64,000 nucleotides of DNA from Octopus bimaculoides (GCF_001194135.2 NC_068983.1:3987480-4051479), one strand, 5' to 3'. Counted from the first letter of the stretch, positions 41,293 through 54,191 are shown. Numbers and translations: made by a program. The notes: generated by a model from the letters alone, not told the origin.

Positions 41293-42004
41293 CATTAAAT
41301 TATACTGCGCCTCTGTGTGTGCGCGCGTGCGTAGATCTTTTATTCTTTTATCTTTTTTTTTTAAAGCCTGATACTTATTCTATCATCGGTCGCTTTTGCT
41401 GAACCGGGGACGCAAACACACCGACACCCATTGTCAAGCAATGATGGCAAACAAACACAGTTACACACACAGACGTACATATATATATATACAACTGGCG
41501 TCTTTCAGCTTCCGTCAACCAAATCTCCTCATAAGTCTTTGGATGGCCCAAGGTGCCATGCAATGGGACTGAACCCGGATCTATGTGGTTGGGAAGCAAA
41601 TGTCTTACCACACAACTCACCCCTTATATGCGTGTGTGTAGATAATGTGTATCTCCAGTGACATCGTAAATATAACAATATTACTCAGAAATAGAGTTGT
41701 TCGTTGTAGTACCATACCATTCCACCCCCGCCCTCACTCTCTCTCTCTCTCTCTCTCTCTCACACGCACACACATGGAGTAGCGCTGAAAGAAACGGTGT
41801 TTGGAAGTAAAAAAGAAAATAAATAAATGAAAGCTGTGTGTGTGAACTGAAGAGAAGTGTTAAGTCAGAAATTAGGGTGAGTGTCTTGGCTTAAAGGCTG
41901 AGAAGGGCGGAGAAGAGCCATCTGTTTGATGTAGATGGAGTAGGGGGAGGAGGAGGAAGGTTCACTGAAGTGAGCGACTACTATATCAACACCACCACCA
42001 CCAT

Positions 42005-42052
<48 letters not shown>

Positions 42053-44319
42053 GACCACCACCACCACTACTGGTATCTAATATCTGGCTACAATGTACCC
42101 GATGTATTGCTCGAAGTTTCTGATGAATCGAATTGGTTTGAGAAAGGCATGAAGGTCACAGCTTCCCTCCTCTCAGTAAATTCAAGTAACTCACCTGTGC
42201 CTGAATAAGAGTTTAAGAGTCGTATCTTACACCGAGCAGGAGATGACACTCAAATCAATAATGACCCATTATGTGGTTGCCCAACCTGTTCGAAATAGCA
42301 GCCAAGTTCCTCTCAATCCACACGCTAACGTTATCGGAAATGAAAGCGCTTGGTCAAGTGGTTAGAGTGGTGCATCCACGTTCGCAATGATTGTGGTTTC
42401 GAGTCCTAGACCGGGCAACGCGTTATGTTCTTGAGCAAAACACTTAATTTCACGTTGTTCCAGTCCACTGAGCTGTCAATGAGTAACCCTACAATGGACT
42501 GGCGTCCAATCCAGGGGTAATGTGCTCTCGGTCACTTATACTCCATGGAAACCAGAGAACTGGCTGGCCCTACGAACCCTAAGACTCGAGACAGTTCTTT
42601 ACATATAACTTCGATTTCTGAAAGGAACAACGAGATCGGGGTTTCGTCATTATTTATGATCCTTATTTTCTGTCCCAAACTTCGATTCAGTCTAAAATCG
42701 AAAGACTGTCCGTGTGGCTGAGGACAGATTATCGTGAGAGACGGCAGGACAGTGGCAACGGAAGTCGGAATCTGCTCTGGAGTATGAAACAACTTATCTA
42801 CCGAATCGATCGATCTCGAAAACGGAAAGTTCTGGAAGCTTTCGCAGCTTCTTAGTATCGACTGACCCGAGCTTGACCGCTGTTGGCATGAAACCTCTTT
42901 CATCACTTCGGTCTTTGATGTTCTCGTTCGAATATTTGCTACAGCCATCGATATCTGCATCCGCGGTCGGCTTCATCTGGGTTCAAACCCATGGTTTCTG
43001 TGCCCCGACTTCTCCGGCTCACCACCTCAATAAAAAAGTAGAGGAAGTTTTCTCTGTCATTAGGGACCAAAGTAGTGAAGCCACGTGACTTAGTAGTTAG
43101 AGTATGCGGCTAAAAATCATAAGGTTGTGAGTTCGATGCTCCTGTCCACTTACTTGGTAAAAATAAGCCGTACTCGCATTTCAATGGCTCCACGGTGAAT
43201 CACCCTGAGAACTACGTTAAGGGTACGCGTGTCTGTGGAGTACTCAGCCACTTGCACGCTAAACTCTATCGATCGCATCAGCTGGAAGTCATCGCCGTAA
43301 CAGACGGAGTACCAGTTTCGTTTCGTTTTAATTGAAATACCAATAGCCTATAGATGGCGTTGTTGTTTAGATCCACGCAGTGTGACTGAACCCGGAACCA
43401 TGTGGTTGGGAAGCAAGCTTCTTACCACACAGCTACGTCTGCACCTATGGATAGTTTGAAAGTAAATTCGGTTGCTATTTCTACCATGTGCAGTGAGTGA
43501 CCACATAGATGAGGATCCTGCGTTGGCCTAAATAGAGAGAGGATCCCTCAACACCACCGCCAACAACAATTAACCAGCGAGAGCGCTTTCATGTGGGTGA
43601 TCGACCTGCTGGAAATGATAACCAAATCTCCCTCAAATCATTCACTTCTGTTTAAGAATATTATGAGAAAAAACTGGAATGGTGCGGCTGGGATAGTTTT
43701 GTTTATCGAACAGTTTACTCAATTTAGACAGATCTGCCTAAAAAACAGCAACAACGACCACGACCACCACGACGACGACAACGGTATTTTCTTTTCTCTG
43801 ACGATTCCAACAGGAATGGCAAATAAACTGATGCGCGACGCTCTCCACTCCCCTAACCGCATGGAGATGAAACCGTCGAAACGGAGGGATTGTGTGGCTC
43901 TCGTAAGGCAGCACCGATTCAACAGATGTCGTAATTGGGTTAGCAAGGATCGTTAAGGTTACGGGAAGGTCGTAAGGGTTTAGGAGGGCACACTTACAAG
44001 GTGCAGCGGTTTAGTTTGGCGACGAGAATAAATACAACACAACACGAGCCAACAAGGTGGGACTGCTACGTGGTAGTTTAACCTCCCAGAAATAACAGTC
44101 AAATCACCTTTCAAAATACACCCTACTGCAAAGGTTAAATTATATAATGTAATATTATTATTGAGGCAAGATGGTCACGGTTGGAATGTCTTTGATAGCA
44201 AGTCTATTTCGTAACTCATTGACCTAGGGCTAAAAACAAACAGAAAACAACAAGAACAAGAGTAAAAGCCACTTGAAGGTTTTTTGCTAACAACACAATA
44301 GCAGCGTTAGACGATAAAC

Positions 44320-44640
44320 TGGTTCTCCGTCGATTGCGACGACGAGCGTTTCAGTGGATCCGATCAGCGGAACACACAGCTTTTGAAATTAACGTGTAAG
44401 TGGCTGAGTACTCCACAGACATGTGTACCCTTAACGTAGTTCTCAGAGAGATTCAGCGTGACACAGAATGTGACAAGGCTAGCCCTTTGGAATTACAGGT
44501 ACAACTCATTTTCGCCAGCTAAGTGGACTGGAGCAACGTGAAATAAAGTGTCTTGCTCAAGGACACTACTCGCCTCCAGGAATTGAACTCATGACCTTAC
44601 GACCATGAGCCGAATGCCCTAACCACTGAGCCACGCGCCT
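44320..44640 (-). mobile_element. SINE family C (tRNA-like head plus CORE/V-like GTGTCCTTGAGCAAGACACTT segment)
   Basis: Head GGCTCAGTGGTTAGGGCATTCGGCTCATGGTCGTAAGGTCATGAGTTCAATTCC. Other approximate copies: 21330-21640, 25870-26170, 28270-28620, 34900-35130, 42350-42560, 43080-43315. Confidence 0.8.
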
Positions 44641-45446
44641 TTATCACCCAGTTGTCTAATTAAATGAACGTTCGATTCGTTAATTACCATTTTAGTGGTT
44701 GAATATTCCGTTGAGACACGAAATTCTCAGGTAGAATCAGTGCGACGCAGTGTGTAGCAAGGCTGTTCATTTTGAGTAGCAGGTTCAAATCCATCGGACG
44801 GTCTTGTATACACTTTCCGTTGGCCTTGAGTTCACTTGGAAAATGACATTTGCCCAAGACACCACTCGTAGGGATCGAACCGGGGACCACGTGCACCACT
44901 CAGCCATTAACAACTGCAACATTCTCACAGCCTTTCCCAACACCACAAAATCGCTGCAGTAACAATAACAACACTGGCAGCAGTATAGCGGTAACGTTAA
45001 CGACATTAGCAACAACGATAGCAACAGGTAAGAAGAATGTAACATAAAGCGATCAGATTAGCAACAGCAGGTAGTGGTTTCAGATTTCGGCACAAGGCCA
45101 GCAATTTAGGGGAACGGATACGTCGAGTACATCGTCCCCTGTGCCCAACTGGAACCGATTTTATCGACAGAAAAACGACCGAAATACCGCTAAGTCTTTT
45201 GCCCGGGGTGCTAACGGTTCTGCCAAGCTCGCCACGTTAGCAATAATAATAGTAATAATTCTTTCTACTAAAGGTACAAAGCATGAAATTTTGGCGGAAG
45301 GGGACTAGTCGATATTTCACTGGTACTTAATTTATCGACCCCGAAAGGATGAAAGGCAAAGTCGACCTCGGCGGAATTTGAACTCAGAACTCGTTAGCAT
45401 CCTGAATGGAAATTCAGGATGCTAACGATTTTGTCAGCTGACCACC

Positions 45447-45504
<58 letters not shown>

Positions 45505-46129
45505 TGATGATGATTAGTCAGTGCACGAGCATCAATCTGAGGGTTGTTGTTTAGCCCTGGGACTGTCCCGCTCCAGTAAATCTATGATCAAAGAACGTTC
45601 CAGTCTTGACCATGCATTTAATGGTTGGATGCCGACATGGACGAGTGGTTAAGCTATTCCCTTCGCAGTCCTGAGATTCCAGATTCGAACTCGCTACCTT
45701 GGTGCCATTTACCATAGCTGACTGACCTGCATCATCTGAGTGAAACGGGTCGACGAAAACTGTGAGGTGAGCTGTCGGGTGGATTGTACTCGTAATTCAA
45801 TAATTCAGACTTGTCACATCGATTCAACTTCGAAATTGTGTCAATGCACACATGTTAGCGGAATATTCAATCACACACATGTTAATTTAATGTGAGGAGA
45901 GTTCAGCTGATAAAATAAACACCGGAATAATCATCGTCGAAACCAGCGGAGAACCCGATTATATTGTCACTACATTAGCCAATGTGTCCATTCTTTTTAA
46001 AGTAGAGATGAGTGTGACTGGGGAAAGATTCGGCTGCTATTTCTAGCAGATCTCGCAACCATGTAATAGGAGACAAGGAAACTAGGCTGTTGTGGCAGTC
46101 GTTCTTCGGCGGACGGAGTGATAAACACA

Positions 46130-46485
46130 CGGCGTGGCTGTGTGTTAAGAAGCTTGCTTCCTAACCACATAGTTCTGGGTTCAGTCCCACTGCGTGGCAC
46201 CTTGAGGTTAATGTCTTCTACTATAGCTTCGCGCTTGAGTAGATTTGGTAGAAGGAAACTGAAAGAAGCCCGTCGTGTATATATTAGTGTGTCTGTGTTT
46301 GTCCCTTCTACCATCGCTTGACAACCGATGTTGGTAAGTTTACATTTCCGTAACATAGCGGTTCGGCATAAGAGACCGATGGAATAAGTACTAGGCTTAC
46401 AAAGAATAAGCCCCGGTGTCGGTTTGTTCGATTAAAGGCGGTGCTCCAGCAAAGTCGCAGTCAAATGACTGAAACAAGTAAAAGA
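46130..46485 (+). mobile_element. SINE family A, near full-length
   Basis: Runs from the head GGCGTGGCTGTGTGTTAAGAAGC to the tail ACTGAAACAAGTAAAAGA. Confidence 0.85.
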
Positions 46486-46684
46486 ATATATATTCACTTG
46501 CAAACCCGAATCTTACGCAATGGGATTGAACTCGAAACCACGTGGTTGCGAAGCGAATTCCTAATTTCCTAACAACACAACTCGGCACCACATAAAACTG
46601 ATTTCAGTTGTTAAATGATTCCTAGAAAAGAATATTTTGGTCAATGTTTTTGGTATTTGAAGAATTTTAACATGATTTGCGTTT

Positions 46685-46867
46685 TTTATCTTTTACTTGT
46701 TTCAGGCTGTGGCTATGGTGGGGCACCACATCGAAGACCTTTTAGTCGAATGAATCGACCCCAGTACCTATTCTATCGGATCCTTTTACCGAGCCACTAA
46801 GTTACAGGGACGTAAACACACCAGGACCGGTTGTCAAACGGTGGTTGGGTACAAACAGACACACACA

Positions 46868-46906
<39 letters not shown>

Positions 46907-47055
46907 GATGGGTTTCTTTCAATTTCCGTCTACCAAATCCCCTCACAAGGCTTCGGTCGGCTGTAGCAGAAGACACTTGTCCAAGGTGTCACGCAATGGG
47001 ACTGAACCCGGAACCATATGGTTGGCAAGTAAACTTCTTACCACGCAACCTTGCC
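46685..47055 (-). mobile_element. SINE family A, near full-length, inverted relative to its neighbours
   Basis: Reverse complement of the family A consensus. Confidence 0.8.
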
Positions 47056-47299
47056 GTTTCAAACACCGGAATGATGATGACAGATATTTCCCCACATTCT
47101 TCGTTATTTTCCAGATTAATTTTAACCAAAGGGTTCCATTACCGTACAATGTAAATAACCTCGGAAGTGATCCGGGGACTTCATCCCGATAACTTGAAAG
47201 ATTGTTCCTGTTGTATATAGAATGGTTTATTTCTGTATTTCTTCAAAGAACGATATCAGAGAACGTTTATGTGGAAATAGCCGCAGAATCGTACTATAA

Positions 47300-47985
47300 C
47301 AGGCGTGGCTGTGTGGTAAGAAGCTTTCTTCCCAACCACATGGTCCCAGGTTCAGTCCAACTGTGTGGTACCTGAGACAAGTGTCTTCTACTGCAGCCTC
47401 GGGCCAACCAAATTCTTGTGTGCGAATTTGGTAGACGGAAACTGAAAAGCTGAAAGCACAGGGGTGGCTGTGTGGTAAAAAGCTTGCTTCCCAACCACAT
47501 GGTTCTAGGTTCAGTCCCACTGCGCGGCACCTCGGGCCGACCGAAGACTTGTGAGAAGATTTGGTTGACGGAAACTGAAAGAAGCTCGTCGTATATGTGT
47601 GTGTGTATTTGTCCGCCCCCACCATCGCTTGACAACCGGTATGTTTAGGTCCCCGTAAAACAGCGGTTCGACAAAAGAGACCGATAGAATAAATACTAAG
47701 CTTACAAAGAATAAGTCCTGGGGTCGATTTGTTCGACTAAAGGCGGTGCTCCAGCATGACCGCAGTCAAATGGTTGAAACAAGTAAAAGAATATATATGT
47801 GTGTGTGTGTGTGTTTGTCTCCCACCACCGCTTGACAACCGGTGTTGGTGTATTGACGTTCGTACAATATAGCAGTTCGGCTAAAGAGAACGATAGAGTA
47901 AGTACTAAGCTTTAAAAAAATACTAAGGTCGATTCATTCGACTAAAAACTCTCATGGTAGAGCCCCAGTATGGCCACAGTCTATT
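47300..47985 (+). mobile_element. Compound SINE family A (two heads, one full tail, one extra tail)
   Basis: Heads start near 47303 and 47461, the tail ends near 47790, and a second tail lies at about 47810-47985. Confidence 0.75.
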
Positions 47986-48649
47986 AATCAAAATTCTTCT
48001 GTTCCGGCTTTAGAGTTTGACAAAGTGAAATTGGTAGGTAAAAGACAGCGACACGCTGAAGACAGTTCTTCAGGTAGCTGACTGAACGGCCAGGCGCCAA
48101 ACTGGGCCTCGCTTCTCTATAAATACTCATCAAGCTTAAAATTCCTTTACCAACTCACTCATGCATTTAATAACGTCTTGGTTGTACGGAATCCCTCCCT
48201 CACCCTCTTTCTATCTGTCTATCTATATCAATCTATCCATCTATCTATCTACTTCTCTGTCTGTCTATCTATCTATCTATCTATCTATCTAAATAAATAA
48301 ATAAATAAATACATAAAGCGGCAGTTTATTAAAAAGGATTTAAACTGAGAAGTTCGATCAGTTATTTCTGACAGGAGTGGGGTCAGTCGTTATCATCGAC
48401 TCAAGTACATGATTAAGAGAAGGTAGAATGGAATGTTTAAAACAACAAAAGGCCCCAAAGTGTTAAACTGGCCACACTAAACTATTTTCCAGGGAGTCAT
48501 CTTAAACAGATGCGATGAATGGAAGACAGAATATGATGCACCAGAAATGGTAAAATGTGTGGTAACATGGAGTAGAAATAGCCATGGAATCTTCTACCAC
48601 TGAAGCAAAGAACCAATATAAGAAGTGGGTAATTTCGAGTCCAATAAAT

Positions 48650-49630
48650 TGAGGCTCCTAGTTGTCACAGTACTTGCTAGAAATAGCAGCCAAATCTCGC
48701 TTAGAACCACACCCTGCCATCTTACAAAAGGATAAACTGGATAATGCAGAAAGATGAGATATATGGCCACGGCTGGAATCTCTTCTGATCATCTCTCACC
48801 CTCTCTCTGTTCTTGTGAGGCTGACCTGGGGTTAAACAACGACAGCTTTTTTTTTATGTTCTTATGGTGTCAAACTTGATTGAGCACACCTGTGATCAAA
48901 GGTGTTCCTACCATGCCATCCTGCCTCTTTTCATTCCCAGTATATTTTAAACTATATTATCCAATAAGCCCTTTCTCATTTAAGACAGTGGGGTGCGGAT
49001 AAGCAGGGCATTTGACTACCATTTCTAGCATGACGCTCGATACGTTCACCGACCCCTTCATTGGCGCGTGCGACTAGTTTTTCATTAGTGAAGGTGGACA
49101 CATTCCTGGGGTCCTGTTAAAACTGGATCTATCCCAGTTGATTGTGAAAATTATTTTGTTGATTTCAGTGTGTATTGAACACGGAACGAGGAAGTCCAAA
49201 GTTAGATGTTGTACCATTTATGATAAACCTCCCGTATAGAGTAAGAATCTGTTGCTCTCGCGTTTATCTCAACTTCCCGCCTTTTACTTCAATTACTGAT
49301 AACATGCTACATTACATGTGAAGCCAGTGGAGGAGGCCGGTCGCACGACCTGTTAGAAACAGCAGCCAAATCCCTCTGACCGTCATTACCTTAAACAACA
49401 AAAGGACACATTAGATTACGTAGTCCTACAAACACTTAAACGGGATGGTCACGGCTAGAATACCTTTGACTATAGGCCTGTTCGATGAGAATTAACCCGG
49501 GTTTAAAACAACTAGAAATCACCTTCAAATCACATTTAGTAATTAAAAAAACCAACAGGACATACTGAATAATACAAAGGCAGGGGTCGGTATGGTTGGA
49601 ATGTCTTTGATCACAGCTGACTCGGGGCTA
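48650..49630. repeat. Cluster of a further short interspersed repeat (GCTAGAAATAGCAGCCAAATC...ATGGTCACGGCTGGAATG...GACCTGGGGCTAAACAAC)
   Basis: Three to four degenerate copies in both orientations. Related pieces lie near 42280, 43590, 44060-44240, 45540 and 63230. Confidence 0.55.
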
Positions 49631-49811
49631 AGCGACAGCTGTTGATAACAAGGAATTCTGAGACACAAACCTACACATTCGGGCGGGTCCAAGGTGGAGG
49701 GGAATGAATCGACACCAGAGTATGACTGGTAGTCTATTTTATCGACCAGTCCTTGAAGGGTGTAAGGTTAAAGTTAACCTTAGCGGGATTTGAACTCACA
49801 AAGGTTCAAGC

Positions 49812-50029
49812 CAGTGGTTCTCGCCCGGATTCCATATATGGTCCTTGGAGTCCATAAAAGATTCTTTTGGAAAAGATTCGATTATAATTCTACAATACAC
49901 AAAATGTTTTAGCAAATTTTTTAAATACAATTCCTAAAGATATTCAATTCTAAACATATAACAGGGTTTTTTAAACGTCAAATAACTTTGAGGGTCCACC
50001 CGTTTAAGACAGGAATCAAAGGGACCCAT
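49812..50029. mobile_element. Left part of a hAT-like MITE running into an assembly gap
   Basis: Starts CAGTGGTTCTC followed by an AT-rich body. The right end is not visible. Confidence 0.4.
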
Positions 50030-51145
50030 NNNNNNNNNNNNNNNNNNNNNNNNNNNNNNNNNNNNNNNNNNNNNNNNNNNNNNNNNNNNNNNNNNNNNNN
50101 NNNNNNNNNNNNNNNNNNNNNNNNNNNNNNNNNNNNNNNNNNNNNNNNNNNNNNNNNNNNNNNNNNNNNNNNNNNNNNNNNNNNNNNNNNNNNNNNNNNN
50201 NNNNNNNNNNNNNNNNNNNNNNNNNNNNNNNNNNNNNNNNNNNNNNNNNNNNNNNNNNNNNNNNNNNNNNNNNNNNNNNNNNNNNNNNNNNNNNNNNNNN
50301 NNNNNNNNNNNNNNNNNNNNNNNNNNNNNNNNNNNNNNNNNNNNNNNNNNNNNNNNNNNNNNNNNNNNNNNNNNNNNNNNNNNNNNNNNNNNNNNNNNNN
50401 NNNNNNNNNNNNNNNNNNNNNNNNNNNNNNNNNNNNNNNNNNNNNNNNNNNNNNNNNNNNNNNNNNNNNNNNNNNNNNNNNNNNNNNNNNNNNNNNNNNN
50501 NNNNNNNNNNNNNNNNNNNNNNNNNNNNNNNNNNNNNNNNNNNNNNNNNNNNNNNNNNNNNNNNNNNNNNNNNNNNNNNNNNNNNNNNNNNNNNNNNNNN
50601 NNNNNNNNNNNNNNNNNNNNNNNNNNNNNNNNNNNNNNNNNNNNNNNNNNNNNNNNNNNNNNNNNNNNNNNNNNNNNNNNNNNNNNNNNNNNNNNNNNNN
50701 NNNNNNNNNNNNNNNNNNNNNNNNNNNNNNNNNNNNNNNNNNNNNNNNNNNNNNNNNNNNNNNNNNNNNNNNNNNNNNNNNNNNNNNNNNNNNNNNNNNN
50801 NNNNNNNNNNNNNNNNNNNNNNNNNNNNNNNNNNNNNNNNNNNNNNNNNNNNNNNNNNNNNNNNNNNNNNNNNNNNNNNNNNNNNNNNNNAGACTGGGTC
50901 CCAAAATTCAGAACATAAAGGGCCGAATGAAATACTACAAGGTATTTTTCCGACGCTCGGGCGAATCTGCCAGCTCGTCACCTTTAGTGTTTCTGATTGA
51001 GGCACAATGCCAGCAATTTTGAGGGGAGGGGGATTAGTCGGATCCATAGACCCCAGGCCTTGACGAGTTCATTGTTATCAACCCCGGAGGGATGAAATGC
51101 AAAGCTGACCTCGGTAGTATTTGAACTCAGAACGTAACGGTGCGC

Positions 51146-51183
<38 letters not shown>

Positions 51184-51662
51184 GAAGAAGAAGAAGAAGA
51201 AGAAGAAGGAGGAGAATATAAGGACCTTTTGCGTGGGATGGGCTATTCGACCTGAAGAAAATTCTAACTGGGCCCCACCTGCAAAGTCATGCGCTGTTTA
51301 TCTTGATATGAAATCATGATATGTCGCACACGTATGCTTGTGATGCATGTGCCTGGTGTACCCTTATCAGACAGGTAGTCGTGATGGGTGTACAGGGCTT
51401 CGTATATTCTACCCCAGTGTCACTTTGATGGCATGCACTACTCTCTCGCTCAATAATGAGAATAATTCTTTCTACTGTAGACACCAGTCCTGGCCTGAAA
51501 TTTCGAGGAAGGGTCGATTATATCAACCTCAGTACACAACTGGTATTTGTTTTATCTACCTCGATGGGATGAAAGGCAAAATCGACCTGCGCGGAGTTTG
51601 AACTCAAAGCGTAAATAACATAATAATACAATAACAAGAAAAAAACAATAAGAATGACTTAC

Positions 51663-52781
51663 CTGGACTTTGTGTACGGATCCACGATTTTCCTTCCTTA
51701 GCAACTCGGGGAAAATACCGAGAAAAGGCCATCCTTTAGGCCCCGGAAGTTGTTTTAAGGGGTACGGAGCTGTAGAGGAATTTTTACCCGTTGTCGGTGG
51801 AGATCGTGCTTTTAGAGGAGTAGTAGCTGTAGTAGTAGTAGTAGTAGAACCGTTGGTGATCAGTGATCGAACTGAACGATTGATGAGCGTTGATGTTAAC
51901 CAGGCTGGTCTCCGTAACGTTGCTGTGATCATCACAGGACAACAGGATCGTCTGGTTGCTAGATCGAATCCGGAGCAGTGCTCTGATATCGTTAGAGCTC
52001 GCCCTACCCATGGCTTTGACACTGGTGTTGTTGTTGTTGTTGTTGATGATGGTGATGATGAGGAGGGGGATATTAATGATGCTGTGGACAAGTGAGATGA
52101 TGATGGTGGTGATGGCGATGCTGATTGTGGTGTTGCTGTTGTTGTTGATGAAGAATATAATAATGATGATGGTGATGACGGAGGAAATGATTGTGAAGAT
52201 GATGGTGATGATGATGAAGATGATATTGAAGATGAAGATGATGACGACGACGACGACGATGATGATGGTGATGAAGAGAGCAAAAGTGCAGGTGATGAAG
52301 AGGATAAGTTTGACGTCGTCAACGGCAACGAAGACGACGGTGATAATGTTGATGATGATGATGATGATGATGTCCTACGGACAGTCGTCGTTGATGTTGC
52401 TGTTGTTAAGGAAGCGATGCGACTATCATTATTACTACTGCTATATCTGATGCCTTTACAAACATGATTAATATTATTATTACTATTATAATTATTATAA
52501 TTATTATTATTATTATTGTTATTATTATTATTGTTATTATAATTGTTACTACTACAACGTGAGGTTACAGCTCGGATATTACTATAAATATTGTTATTAC
52601 TACAACAACCGCGAGAAGTAGTAGTTTTAGAAATACTACGTGAAGTAGTGGTCGTAGTAGAAGTGTTGTTGGCGGCACCCGTACAGGCACCCGTTGTGTG
52701 TTTAGGTAAGTGTAGCAATCGATAGAGGCCCCTGGGAACGTGGCCAGACACCACCCTCCGTAAAAGGGTTGACTCGGCCAT
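51663..52781 (-). CDS. CYP: N-terminal coding exon of a mitochondrial-clan cytochrome P450 (CYP27/CYP24/CYP10-like), with a long low-complexity leader
   Basis: The open frame ends ...APYPLKQLPGPKGWPFLGIFPELLRKENRGSVHKVQ, containing the P450 proline-rich PGPxxWPxxG hinge. It is followed by a canonical phase-0 donor CAG|GTAAGT (intron starts 51662). An acceptor cttctctccacag| lies just before 52850. Candidate starts are ATG 52781 (MAESTLLRRVVSG; 373 codons in this exon) and ATG 51932 (MITATLRRPAWL; 90 codons). Clan assignment rests on the Arg/Ser/Thr-rich non-hydrophobic presequence and the intron after HxxQ; the subfamily is not resolved. Confidence 0.85.
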
Positions 52782-54159
52782 ATGTTGGTCGGGCCGACTT
52801 GATCCAGCCGGACACACTCTCACCTGAGGCACGCCACGCCGAAATCTGGTCTGTGGAGAGAAGATCAGGGACAAACAAGCAGGCCAAGCGAACACTACAA
52901 GAGGACGGTACGTATATAGCGAGCACCGGTGGTGGTGGTGAATGGAAGGCGAGGCAGAGGAAGGAGGAATGAACTAGGATTGTGGTGGGAGGGATAGGGT
53001 TAGTGGAAGAAGAAGAAGACGAAGAAGAAGTGGGAGAAAGAAAGTGAGAGAGAGAGAGAGAGAGAGGGGGGAGTGGAGGAGAAGGAAGAAAACAGGCGCG
53101 AGAGCGTGAGGGAGGGAGGGAGAGAGGGAGAGAGGGGGAGTAAACGGAAACAAATTCACACACAAAAAAACAGAGAAAAAAAACAACCTATATGTGAATA
53201 AATATGATGATGATGATGATGATGATGATAATAATAATAATAATAGTAATAATAATATTTAGGGGGAAAAACCTAAGGAATTGAAAGAACGTGAGAGTTT
53301 GGGATAGGGAGAGAAGAAAGAAAGGTAAAGGGGTGATACAGAAAGGGTGGATGATGTGGGGAGGTGGGGGCGGAGAGTAGGGGACAGAATATAGGGGACA
53401 GGAGATTGTGCGTTAGAGGTGGTGGTGGTGGGAAGAGAGAAAGAAGGAAAGTATTTAACAACTAAATAAACTATAACAACAACAATAGTAAATAATAATA
53501 ATAATAATAATGATGATGATGATGATGATGATAATAATAAATGAGTACGAAATGAGGGGGGGGGGAGCGGAATTGGTGAAGTATGAACCTTGTGTTTAAA
53601 TGTGTGCTTTCTGTTTGTGTATGTATATGTGTAAATATATGAGTATATGTGTGTATGTGTGTGCGTAAGAGTGTGTATGTGTGTGTGGGGGGGCGATGTT
53701 GGTGTTTTACGTAAATTAGGACCAGTTCGAAATAGCGCGTGTTAAAATGATCGGTGCGTCGACAAAAAAAAAAAGGGAAAAAACAAACTTTCTTCCGATT
53801 CAAAGTAACAATAAATAACAAGCGAGACGAGTGTCCGTTACAGTGAAGAAGAAGAAGAAGAAGAAGAAGAAGAAGAAGAAGACCCAAGGAAACTCCTTCG
53901 TTTCATCAAACACCTTTCACAAACTTCTCTTTTTTCCCCCCCGTATTTCCTTTTATCCCTTCTGTTTCCCCCTCTTTCTTTATCTCTGTCCGTCCCCTTC
54001 GTAATTTTCTTCTATCCCGTCGCCATCAGAATCTTCTCTTTCCTCACATCTCGCTCATCTGTTTGTAACTTCTCCACTTTTAAGTATTGTCGCTGTTATA
54101 CACATATATACAAACGACAAACACACACACACATAGATATATATGCATACACACATGTG

Positions 54160-54191
<32 letters not shown>

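Noticed and set aside
49978-51047. 300-400 aa X-rich ORFs (also 572-1202, 55994-57197, 58137-59992)
   Set aside because: They are open only because N runs contain no stop codons.
51670-52450. Plus-strand ORFs overlapping the P450 exon (Asp/Met-rich)
   Set aside because: Antisense shadows of the trinucleotide repeats; the minus frame has the motif and the splice sites.
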